This document shows positions 52,501 through 64,000 of a DNA stretch of 64,000 nt, piece after piece. Within the stretch, counting starts at the first letter, position 1. The number at the start of each line of letters is the position of its first letter. Both the position numbers and the translations under genes were made by a program. The notes below the pieces were generated by a model. That model did not search any database and was not told the origin of the DNA. It saw only the letters and a list, made by a program, of their open reading frames with translations. The stretch covers positions 86,738,001-86,802,000 of the forward strand of contig NC_059433.1 in the NCBI RefSeq assembly GCF_021028975.2, in the 5' to 3' direction. This stretch comes from Sphaerodactylus townsendi. Its lineage: Eukaryota.

Positions 52501-53166
52501 AGTATGAATGGTCCTCTTTAACTGGGTACAGACGGAATGATGTGTACTGTGATCACATCCAGAAGTTTCAATTTCTTTACAGAAATTTTACCCACCACTC
52601 AGTTTCATTGTTCATCCATAAGAACAACATCCATTATGTAACTGCAGTCGCATTTATTCCTCTTTATAATTTTCCAAAAGCCAAAATATATTTCTCTTTG
52701 CCTTGTGTGGGACTCAAGCTTGCACTTAATGGATTTATAAATGTTTGGGAGATTTCTTCCACATGTTGTGCTGCCTAACCATTATTTGTATATTCAATTT
52801 CTTAATGAAAATTAGTGTTTGAAAGAAAAGTTTCTGGTCTTTAAACTTTTTTTTACATATTTCGATAAAGTTTGATCAGAAGAATTGCCCAGTGCAACTA
52901 ACAAAATACCAAGTGATTTGGGAACGATTTTCCGCGGTGTACTAGGGTTAAATTTTGCAACGGTGCCTTAATACACTCTCAACCTTTATTTAACGTTCTT
53001 CTCATCTGCAGTCTCTGCACAATGCACAGGCAGAATGCACTAAAGACTCTTTAAGCTGAACAGAGATCACATTTCATCACGACAAGTTGTGTGCAGGCAA
53101 ATTACAGAGGCAGAGTTTAGGGAGGGCCCAATGAAGGTCAAAACATGATATCATTTAGTAGGCAAC

Positions 53167-53296
53167 NNNNNNNNNNNNNNNNNNNNNNNNNNNNNNNNNN
53201 NNNNNNNNNNNNNNNNNNNNNNNNNNNNNNNNNNNNNNNNNNNNNNNNNNNNNNNNNNNNNNNNNNNNNNNNNNNNNNNNNNNNNNNNNNNNNNNN
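53167..53296. other. N gap (130 nt)
   Basis: Run of N. Confidence 0.99.
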
Positions 53297-56200
53297 AATG
53301 AAAGATGGAAATCACCACTGAAATTCCAACATATTAGTAGGCATTCAAGAAGAATACTGAAGGAAATCAAGCAGGTTTTTCAACAGAAAGTCAGGGTAGA
53401 CACACATCAGATTTTCCAGAAGTTTAGAGACAAACTATAGCACAGGATCTATACTTCCCCTCTTCCCACAACTTCTCCTTTCCACGTTTTTGAATAAAGG
53501 CTATGTTAGAAGATGAGTGTAAAGCAGCCGTTGAGAGGGATTTGGATCAGGGCTTCAGCATTGGGGCATGGTGAATTAACCGGTCTCTCCACTCCCATGG
53601 CACTTCTCTTTTGCTCCCCCCCCCCCGCAACTCTGAAGGAAATGGCTTGGGGAGGGCTTAGAATTTTCATGCTCAATCAGTGATCCAAAACTTCCCATTA
53701 CTGTGGCTGCTTTTTTAGAGTACAGATGGCATAATCTGATCATACATTCCCAGTACAATGTGTAGTTTAGTCCTGAGTTCATTAGAAAGAGTACAAGAAA
53801 TGAAGAAACAGCAGAGAGAAGACTGTCCCCACACATACACGCCTAACAGGCAATTCAGCAAGGACACAGAAGTGCTAGAAGATGGCAGGCAGGACAGCAG
53901 TAGCTGAGACGAGAGAAATGAGCCTGCCTGTATTACACTCTCAAAAAAAAAAAGTGGAAAGAAGTGGAAGTATTTCATAAATTGTTTAGTTCTTGAATGT
54001 ATTCTGTTGGAACAGGAGTCTGGGAAACATCATAATTAAATCTCTCTCTAGTCATCATAACCATAATTACTTTAAACAAAGTTGAAACGAAAGCTAAGTC
54101 AAAGCTGCAGACTGAAAACGAATGTTCATCAAGACAGCTGGAGAAACAATCTCAGGACATAAGGGGCTCCAGACCTCTTTCAGGCATAACATACGTGGAT
54201 GCTTCCCCTTCTGCCACAACGTCTCTTTTCCATTTTTAAAAAATATAGGCTATTTTACAGGGTGATTGTAACAGTATACCATGATCACTGCTGATTGCTG
54301 TTACAAACAGACCCTTCTAATCCGTCTGCACTTTACTTCAATGAGTGCTTTTCAAAAGCAACTTCGTAAAACGTTATTGCTTCATATTCAAAAAACATTA
54401 AGTAAAGATTTTTTGAAAATTCCACTGACTCGATTATATCAGCAAGTGCACTACATGTTAAATTTTTCATTAAAACAAAAGCCTTGAGAACTATTTTCCA
54501 GACTTCAGCTAATGCTGCTATGACACATTCGGTCAATGAAAAAGGATGAAAAACAGTAGTGCTTTGAAGCAATAGCCAGTAAATGCCACTGTGGTTTACC
54601 AAGAGTGGGATGCACAACATATTAGACCACAGTTAATGAAATTAAGCCATGTCTTATGTTAGCGAAATGTGCGCTCTGTTACTTATTTGGAACCTACACA
54701 ACTGCTTAATCTTTGAGAACGTCTTTGCCTCCAGTAAACACTATCTCTAGCATCTCTTAGTAATTAAATCAGTGTACTACCACTGTTTTGAGTTTGCATT
54801 ACTTTAATGCAAAGGAATAATAAAAATGTGATCTTTTTTTGTTTCTACACACTTCAGTTATAACATTCATGGATTTGCGCTTGAATGCATTCATGTATGT
54901 GGAGAAAAGATCAGCAGGATAAAAACTGAATAAAACAATGATGTTATTAAAATCTGCTAGATACAATGGAAACTGGTATGCAGTCTTACTCCACGGTATG
55001 TTCACCCAACCAAGCACTGTGTTTCAATTTGCTTTAACTGATGTACTGAAAAACTGCAGCTGTATGGCACCAAAATATATATATTGTAGCATCTCTGAAA
55101 CATGTTAATAATGGAATGAATACAAAGAGGAATCACACGTCCAGCCATTTTAACTTCTTAGCCATATAAACATTATGGACTTTGTGCAGACCCTTCGTGT
55201 ACGCTTCAATTTGGGCTTCATATCACAATACCTTCCCTTGTGCTTTCCATTCTGTTCTTTTGAAGGCTGAGATTGCAGGAAAAATTGTGAGCTTAGTGCT
55301 ACATAAATGTTAAATAAGGGTGTGTTACACATTGAAGTTGCTGACGTGAAATGTTCGTAGAATGAAATGAATGCAACAGAAAAGCTGATCAAAGAAAGAG
55401 AAAAAGAAATTGTACCTGGATGGAGCTAAGTCATAAACCAAGCACACTGGCACAGCTAACCTGAAATGCAAATTAAGGTGACAGCCTTTATGTCACAATT
55501 TCTATATTTTGGGATAATGGATGAAATTGTAAGTGTCTCGATACTTTGTTTCTCCAAATGGTTTGTTTTACTTTAAAACAGTATTTAAACCACTTTATAA
55601 GAAAAACAAACAACAATGCTCCTTTCAAAAGAAAGACCTGACAGGCCACATTTCAAAGGTGATGTAAAAACAGAAACAGTTTTGTCACAAGCAATGATAA
55701 GGAATTGGAAGTAGCAGGTCAAACTCAACTGACAAAGGAACCATCTTCTATGCAATTTATCTACAGCTACAAATGGGATTCTCTTGCTCACAAAAAGAGG
55801 AGACAGTTCAAGATGGAAGAGATCATTACCCTAAAGAAGAACATTAATATCTCTATTAGGAGAGGTGCTAGATTACATGGGTTTTTAACAGAAGCCGTAC
55901 TACATTACAAACTGAAAATAGAGCTCAGATTGCATACCCTTATTTCCATAATCATTCTCACATGCCACGCATACATTAAATACAGTATTATCTTCAAAAC
56001 AAGAAGCAGACATTCCTTTAGAAATTAATTCAATACTGAAATGCATCACACTAAGATAGTTACCCACATTTCTCTCAGGAACACTTGCAATGCAACCACA
56101 CTACACACAAAACTTGTAATATCACTTGCAAGGTCTCCATTCTGTCTGGTAGAAAAAGGCCTATAATTTGAATTGTGTGCTGCTAGTCTATAGGTTTACC

Positions 56201-56815
56201 ACTCTAGAGTCTGTCATTTATGTGAAATCAGCCACATATGAGTTATTTAAAAAGAAACATTAAAAATCCTAAGCAAAAAACAGAAGCTAAACACATTGAA
56301 AATCCAGACTCTCTAGTGCTTACATTTTATACCCAGGTTCATTTTGATCCAGGTTTGCAATGATCATGTAAAACAATAACATCCAGATGGAAGGAGCTAG
56401 GGAGAAATTCATAGACAAGAGAGATAGGGAAGGTGTCTACTTCCCAAGGCTCACAATGGAAACCTAAAGATTCCCAGCTGTAAAAGAAGGCTTGCAAGTT
56501 GAGAAGAAGAGCTGTAGTTAAACTAGACAGATGCAAGTTACAGGAACACCCTTTTAGTAAGTATCTGAGAACAAGGGACCGAACATTTTGAAGTTAAACT
56601 GCCCAGAGTTCAGAAATTCATAAATGTCTAGAAAGAAATTGCATAAATGTCTAGAAGGTTGATTAAATTGGCTTGTACAAAATTGTTATTGCAAGAACAG
56701 TATGAGATCATGCTTAATAAGCTGGTTTGATTTTAAAAAGTCTAACCAGAAGAATACAAGGTTTGTCTTAGTCTCATTAGAATCCTGAAAGAAACATGGG
56801 GTGAATTACTTAGAA

Positions 56816-56898
56816 TAGGGGTGGCCAACCTATGTTGCTCCAGATGTTCATGGACTACAATTCCCATCAACCCCTGCCAGCATGGCCAATTGGCCATG
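56816..56898. mobile_element. Half copy of palindromic hAT MITE
   Basis: TAGGGGTGGCCAACCT..CTCCAGATGTTCATGGACTACAATTCCCATCA..GCATGGCCAATTGGCCATGC; right arm lost just past the symmetry axis. Confidence 0.8.
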
Positions 56899-58486
56899 CA
56901 GCACGGTACCTAGGAAATCTTTGTCCAAAACTTAATTCTAATGTTCTATAGTAAACAGTTTAATAAAATTAAAAGTAGATGGTGCCATGAAGCTTGTAGT
57001 CTAATCCTATGAAATTTTTACTCAGAAATATGGTCCATGAATTGGATTCCACAGATCTGTTCCAATAAAAACAGCATTTTCTCTAGCAAAAGGAGTTTCC
57101 CTCCTGACACTGTGTCAACATTACCAGAACAGAACCGCAGATCCATAGGATCCAACCAATTGATTTGAATGAGACTTTCTCCCAACTAAGTTTGTATAGG
57201 ATTACTGGCAAATGAACATTTATTCTAGTACCTGATATTTAGACTAGATATTTATCAATAAGTAAGATTACTTGGCTGCATAATTATTAGCAAGTAACAT
57301 GAAGAGTACCTATGTACAACTCTTTTCAATGGCACTAAAGTTAGCAATTTCCTGTTAAATGGGACCAGTCTTTATCTCTAGTATACAGAAGAACTCAGAG
57401 AAAATGTGCCTGAAATACAACACAGACATTGTTTCAACTTCTGCAGTCTAAATGAATCACATTGTTATGCCATTGCCTTCCAATTTGAAAATACGTATAC
57501 CAGATCCATACACTAAAGAACATACCATAGAAAGAAAAATGAGGAGGAAGAGGTGATAGAAACAATGGAAAACAGTTCCACCCAGTGACCACACAGTATG
57601 CGGACAATCTAAATATCCAGGTATTTGAAATAAAGGTTAACCCTTTCATAGGAATTTTTAAAAAAAACGCTGGAGGAATGAAAAGAGGAAATAAAACAAA
57701 GGGGAAAAATATGTTGGCTCAGCACCCCAAGAACGGCCTACGGCATATATTACAAAAAAGAGTCCTTGGAGCTCAATAGCAACTGTAGAAGAGGCTTCTG
57801 CATTGGAAGATTACCAGTGGTAGTTATAGGCTATATAAGAGCTTAGAGAATCTGATTTACCTTAACTCAAGTAACTGTACTGTACTTACTTTACTGAAGG
57901 AACTATACCACTCTCTCAGTATTGCAAAGCAGTTCTTATATGAGGCAGTTCTTACATGAGTTTTAAACAGAGGAACTAACCATAAGACTGTTTATGTTGA
58001 AAGGGATATACAAAATAGGTAGAATGAGAAAGCTAGTCCTACCCCATTTCAGAGGCTCAGAACTTGTAGGAATATTTTGTTTTTACCACTTAACAAGAAT
58101 AAATCCTCCACTTGCATAAACCCAACTAAACAAGTGCCATTCCCGTAAACAGAGGACTTGCATCACTTGTAAATTATAGAAAAGCCATGTAATATATTAC
58201 CTGTAAATAATTCAATTTTTCAGAACAGCAGCGTAAAAGAACTACAAGCAACGAATAAGAGTCTCAGGTAGCACATAGTACAAAACTCAGGAAACTGGAG
58301 AGACTAATAGATTGAATACAGAAGATATTGATATGGAGAAAATAAGAGATTTTTTTTCTCACGCTACTAGGTCTGGGAGAAGGTCAGCAAATGAAACTGA
58401 TTGGTAGCTGATTCAAGCAACAAAAGACAGTACCTCTTTACTCTGAGCATAATTAACAAGTTGTAATGATGGCCATTAGCTTAGAT

Positions 58487-58634
58487 CAGGGGTAGGGAAC
58501 CTGCGGCTCTCCAGATGTTCAGGAACTACAATTCCCATCAGCCTCTGTCAGCATGGCCAATTGGCCATGCTGGCAGGGGCTGATGGGAATTGTAGTTCCT
58601 GAACATCTGGAGAGCCGCAGGTTCCCTACCCCTG
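58487..58634. mobile_element. Near-perfect 148-bp palindromic hAT MITE
   Basis: CAGGGGTAGGGAACCT termini, arms differ at ~2 positions, centre GGCCAATTGGCC; TSD GCTTAGAT / GCTTAAAT; sits in a very old CR1-like 3' remnant (~58390-58830). Confidence 0.93.
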
Positions 58635-61600
58635 GCTTAAATGATCTTAGATCCCTTTAAAAAAGATGTGAGAAGGTGATGTGGACAAAACTACCCATCC
58701 TAGCTAAATAGAAACTTTATACACATAAGTATACCTCAGAATAGCTTGTATGGCCAGAGAGGCTGAAGGAAAGTGAACTTGCGATTGTGAGAAACCAATT
58801 GCTGGGCTAGAAGGGCTTGGTCTGATCTAAGAGCAGAACTCATCCAGCAGAATGTAAGAAACACAATCAAAGGCGTAATATAATCCTTAAAGTTCATGCA
58901 TTTTTCACAAGCTGTAGTGTTTGAACACTTTCAAAAGATAGTTCCATTCAAAGTAAATTACAGCAGTCAGGACTTTCTTACAAAGATCTGGATGAGTAAT
59001 GCCAGATCCAAATCAGACGCAGCTGCTGAAAAACATCCTAAGCTACTTGCACAATGTGATGGCCCAAGAGCAACAACAAAAGATCCTATTTTTCTTACCC
59101 ATCATGCAAGAACATTCAGTGGATAATTCCAATTTGAGAGAAAAGGCAGATTTTTTGCCAATTAGTAGTCAAGAAGGACAGAGACTGCCAAGAAAGTGGA
59201 CTCACTCTGACCACACATCTGGCTGTAAGTAGAGGCAATTTATTTCCTATGGTTCACACACTCTCATATACCCCCTAAACAATTCAACACTATAGATTTA
59301 CCCCAGTCTAAACCCAGTGGGTCTACATTTGTGTAAATCTGCACAGGATTGCACTAATTCCCAAAGAAGTAGATAATCTAATATTTATACCATATCTACT
59401 GTATTTATACAAACATAACTGTAAATGACTGTTCAGATGAATTACTGGTTTCATTTGTGAATATCTGGAAGAAGCCACCCTTATTCATAAGCAAAGCAGA
59501 ATCTTTCAAAGCCATTCATATATCATAAAAATGAATTGAACAAGTATCATTTAAGCAGAAAAGCAAAACTGCAAGTGTCAGACTGCAACTGGTTGTATAC
59601 CACTCATCATTTCCGGACCTGCAAGAGAGGATAATTTTTTGGCAGATCCCCTTCTCCTATGGCCGACCTCCAGTTTCCTACTCATACTGTTCCTGGAGGG
59701 CCCCATCCCAAAGGAGCAGCAACAGGAAGGGAAAGGCACATAAGTCACACACTGCTGACTGAAATCTCTGTTTTCAGTAGCATCCAAACGATAGTTTTCC
59801 TTTTCTCTTCTCTCCCTTTCTCCGTGCTCCAGATAATTCATACAGAACAGAATGTGATTAAGAAACGATACAAAGCAACTATTCAGTTTTGCATGGGAAA
59901 ACTAACAGGTAAAGAAAGCACAAGACTAGAATGTCAGGAGACTTGGGAAAAAAATCAGTTGACTCAGTTTCCTTTGAAGCGATTTCCATTGCCATTATTT
60001 GAAACAGCAACTCTTTGAAGCTAACACAGTGGTCAGCATCTATGTTGGCTCAATACTATAGTGCATATTTCTTGCACAGAATTGCAAAAAAAACCAAACA
60101 ACCCAGTAGTAGTAGTGGTGGTGTTTGGCTGCCACTTTGCAGTCATTTTAAAATCAGCCACAGGATTTTTCCAGTTGTGAACTGGAATATCTGTATCAGT
60201 CTTGGACATCTAGGAGCAAAAATTCAGTCAGCTAACTGTAGTTCCAGTAGCACAATCAGACTGCAAGCAAGGCAAGCTGCCACTGTGGGACTCTGTGACA
60301 AAGTTGTGCTCTTTTACAAAAAGAGTGGCTTTTTATAAAACAAAACACTGACGAACAATCTGGTTTTACAGAAGGACGTGGTCCAGGCCAAGGAACATCA
60401 AGAGCCACGAAAATAAACAACTTCCTCCCCCTCTCTTGGCTGGTGCAGGGTGCTAGCTGTACTTGCAGTGCCCAACCCTGAAAACTACCCAAAAGGCTAG
60501 TCTTTCTTCCCAACAAAAGAAGAAATCCTTTAAACCGTAGATTTAAAATTTTTCAGTAGTCCTTGCCTACTATTCTGTACACCCTTTCATTTTTGCAGGC
60601 TGCAGCAAGGCTGCTACGGAGTGCCTCAGAAATACAAAAGGGTCCTGTGCTGATTGACAGGCATCCTGCAGCCATTTCCAGCCATCTGAGAGGTGAGATA
60701 TGACTGCTTCTCTGACACGGCATGCTACACCTGTGGGGACACTGCAGGGTAAAAACAATATACCAGATTAAACACAGAAGGCTAACATGGAAACCAAAAC
60801 TCCATGGTATACAATGATCCACAGAAGACAACAAAAATGTTCACACTTTTGCAGGTTGTTCTCAGCCCAGCCAAGCCATTCCACAGAAGAAACCAATCTT
60901 ACACTCAGACTGTATGTTGTTTAAAATCAAAACTTGCAGTGCACAAAATGAGCACCAGCTTTGGCTGTATGATGTGGAACACACATTCCAAGCCAGTACA
61001 TTGGAAGGAAATGATTAAAACTCAACAACCTGCATTACAACTGAACTCAGAAATGTTTTCAAAAGAGGAGGGGGAGAGAAAGCAGATTTCAAACAGGGGC
61101 ATTAAGAACAGCAAATCACTATATTTCAATCTTTTTTTCCTAAGTGGTTAAAGAACTATGCAGCAACTCCAAAACCCTTTTTATATGCACACCTGGGAAG
61201 AATTCTGAATCCTGTTACTTTCCTCAGTATTACCCTGATGTGGTTTTGACCAGATGTTTAAATGTTACAGCATGTACATTTTCTTCTCTTCTTCCAAGGC
61301 AAAAGGAAAATAAGAGGAATATTTGACTTCACTCCACAAGAGACCTATATTTAATAGTTTGGTGGTTATGTAAGTAAAGGTAGCTTGGCTAAGTCAATGT
61401 TGACGACATACAGAACGACATGATCCTAATGAGTTGGAAAATATTGACTCTCCTGAGATTTAACCAGATGCTACTGCGCTGAGAAAGCTACTGTATTATT
61501 GAATTTCATTTTTATGAGGTAAAATTTATTATTCAACCATTAAGGTATCCCACATGAAGTCTTGCATAAAATAGTTTTGTAGTTACTTTCTGGAAAGTAG

Positions 61601-62465
61601 ATTTTATTTTAACTTTAATACATCATTTACATGAGGGATTCAAATGCCTATTTGATCACCTTAAACAGAGAAATTTAAGGTCTGCAAGCAATCTTCCAAA
61701 AATATCAGATTAATAGAACTGGACTGTCAACAAAATTATGAACTACCTGAAAAGGACGGGGAAAATGCAGTAGCAAATTTCAGCTTCTACAAAGCCTCCG
61801 TGCAACTGGGTCTAGATTTTTCTGGCATATTGATACATGGCTACAGCCAAACACTTTATGTATAATAATAATAATATTAGGAAAACTCCAACAATGAGCT
61901 TTACTAATGCAATTCTTTAATAAAAAATACTGACCCTATAAAACACAGATGTTTGAGATAAGACTCTTCATATACTGCTTATTTTAAGATGCAACTTAAA
62001 ATAATTTCATGGTTATGGCTAAAAATGTTCATAAGTTATAGCTAAAAATTGTGATGAGCAACACAGGTACACACCAGACAGTAATATGTCAAAATAGCAT
62101 TTTGTTAAATTTCTTTAAATCTATGCACTTTTCAGAATTTCATTTACACACACACACACCTGTTTTACATGTCTAATAGTAGCTTTGAGTGTTCCAAGTA
62201 TGTTATATCACCATATCAGACATTTAACAACCATACAAAGTAGGAAACTATTTTTATATGGCACACGTATAGTTGTAAGGAAATGGCTTGACTAAGGGCA
62301 GTTCATGAGATCATGGCTCAGGTGAGATTCCAATCAGAGACTTCCTATGCTTGGTTTCCTTATACTAATCAGTATTTGATTATGCAAATCTGTAAAGGAT
62401 ACAGTTCAGTTATTGCATTTCAGCGATCCCCATACATCCTGTTCACATACACACAGAGTCACACC

Positions 62466-62657
62466 CAGAGGTGGGATCCCACCAGTTCTCACCACTTCTC
62501 TAGAAGTGGTTACTAATTTTTTCTGAGTGCCGAGAATGGGTTACTAAAGCAACCTCCCTGCCCAATAGGGACTGGAGGCGCGTGTGTGGGGTGGCGCCAC
62601 TGTTTGAATCCCACCACCATCAGAACCTGTTATTAAAATTTTTGGATCCCACCACTG
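62466..62657. mobile_element. Non-autonomous hAT (CAGTGGTGGGATCC-type TIR)
   Basis: CAGAGGTGGGATCC / GGATCCCACCACTG; perfect TSD GTCACACC (62458-62465, 62658-62665). Confidence 0.9.
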
Positions 62658-62769
62658 GTCACACCCTTTTGAATCTTATTAAAGCACATCTATTGATAAA
62701 GTGTTATTGGAACACTGGCAATAACTTTTATGCTATATTAAAGTTTACAATGATTTCTGACTTGTGACA

Positions 62770-62918
62770 CACTTGTTCAGGTCTTGCACACTGAAAGCTA
62801 TGGCTTCCTTTGCTGAATTAATCCATCTTATTTTGGGTCTTCCTCTTTCCTACCTCCTACAAATTTTCCCAGCATCACTGTCTTTTCTAGTAGTCTTGCC
62901 TTCTTACGATATAACCAT
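62770..62918 (-). mobile_element. RTE-clade LINE 3' fragment
   Basis: Homologous by eye to 32105-32250 (TCTTGCA.ACTGAA.GC.ATG.CTTCCTTT..CTTCCTCTTT..TGTCTTTTC.AGT). Confidence 0.7.
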
Positions 62919-63740
62919 CATTTATTTATTTACTCATTTAACTTATGCCTTTCTTACTGAGACTCAGGACTTGCAAGTTTTTTTCTGGCACAATATGATG
63001 TTCTTTCATAGTTACCTCATAGTGAAAATCTCGATCAAACAAGTTAGCATGACTAGATTTGGGATGTACTCAGGAAGCCTGATTCTAGTTTTAGAGGCAA
63101 GAAGGAAAAAAGGCAACAGGAATTAACCACTGAAGAATGGGTTTTGTTTAGATCTTCACCACAAAATGATGTCCAGAAGACATTTTAGCAAGCTATTTGC
63201 AATCAGAAGAATGCAAGTATGGTAATCTACCTTTTGATATTTCTAAATGCTGTATATACCTTGAAAAGAATGGTCACACCATCTACCAGTGATAGGAGGC
63301 AAAAGTCAGAAGACAGTACAAGGTTAAATTAAATCTTGGTACTTCAAAAAGAAGTCCTACAATTACACTGTCATATTTTTGGTTGAGTGGATGAGATGGA
63401 GAGATCCATCTGTCCCTACATTTATATCCCATCATTCCTCCACGTTGCTCGGGGACGCATAAATGTTCTGCAATCCTTGTGAATGTGGGTCATTTTGATG
63501 TTTGCATACAAAAATAAAGTTTATTTACCAGCAGAATCCAGTATCAAAAGAGGAACAACAAAATATCAGAATTCCCAGGACTTTCAGAGTAGCCAAGATC
63601 CTTTCCAGAGACAGGGAGAGTTCAGGAGGTCGTTTGGACTGGAACTCAAGCAAATAAGACCTCAGGCTTAATATTTTGGCGTTTGGTAACTTCTGCAACT
63701 TTATGTGTCATTCTTATTCTAAGGCCCTCAAAAGCTGAAT

Positions 63741-63853
63741 CATAAGTGTCAAACTCGCAGCCCACCAGATGTTATGGACTACAGTTCCCATCATCCCCGA
63801 TGATGGGAACTGTAGTCCATAACATCTGGAGGGCTGCGAGTTTGACACCTGTG
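63741..63853. mobile_element. Palindromic hAT MITE (same termini as 1188-1308)
   Basis: CATAAGTGTCAAACTCGCAGCCC / GGGCTGCGAGTTTGACACCTGTG; full-length hairpin; TSD not evident. Confidence 0.88.
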
Positions 63854-64000
63854 CTGAAAGTGGTCTGGGCCTTTCAGTCTCTGAGAGGGCTTGGTCCTTG
63901 CTTTAGTTTTCCTAATAATTTCATCCAGATCCCATGACCACTGCTTGACAACCTCTGTGTCAGGTCTGCACCATTCCAGGCCTGGCAGTTCACAGGTTTA

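Noticed and set aside
43940-53370. ORFs containing X runs
   Set aside because: Open only because they span N gaps.
55416-55460. 45-nt AG..GT-bounded segment on the minus strand
   Set aside because: Immediate stop in the host phase and weak donor (gtacaa); no support as a coding exon.
283-56657. Short local duplications (283-320, ~36885-36917, ~39428-39468, ~56611-56657)
   Set aside because: Ordinary slippage duplications of about 20 bp with no shared motif.
59578-59610. Box C (ATGATGA) and box D (CTGA) on the minus strand
   Set aside because: Only ~22 nt apart and no terminal stem; too short for a C/D snoRNA.

Overview
Vertebrate nuclear DNA; the repeat content (CR1, young L2, SPIN/hAT MITEs, Penelope fragments, tRNA-derived SINEs) points to a squamate, probably a gecko. 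The window is almost entirely intronic. One host coding exon is recognisable on the minus strand at 42705-42878: 174 nt, GKEKLIPLIQGPSDTRDLHSSKWLNESRKPESLLAPDLLAFTIQVPQ, which from memory matches VPS13B (COH1), human exon 19 equivalent. The neighbouring upstream exon was not found and may lie in an N gap. The first ~38 kb is dense in nested transposons: a young L2, three CR1s, two solo LTRs, a DIRS relic, Penelope fragments with hammerhead-ribozyme cores and many hAT MITEs with 8-bp TSDs. The ~38-57 kb region is notably poor in recognisable repeats. I find no evidence of a new multi-gene system. The best leads are at element level: a hairpin MITE family with one body but four different hAT termini and paired ACTACAnTTCCCA motifs, a SPIN MITE subfamily carrying a MIR/CORE-like filler, and a possibly intact CR1 nested in a hAT element with a 147-bp CpG-rich array. 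All family and gene assignments are from pattern recognition, not database searches.
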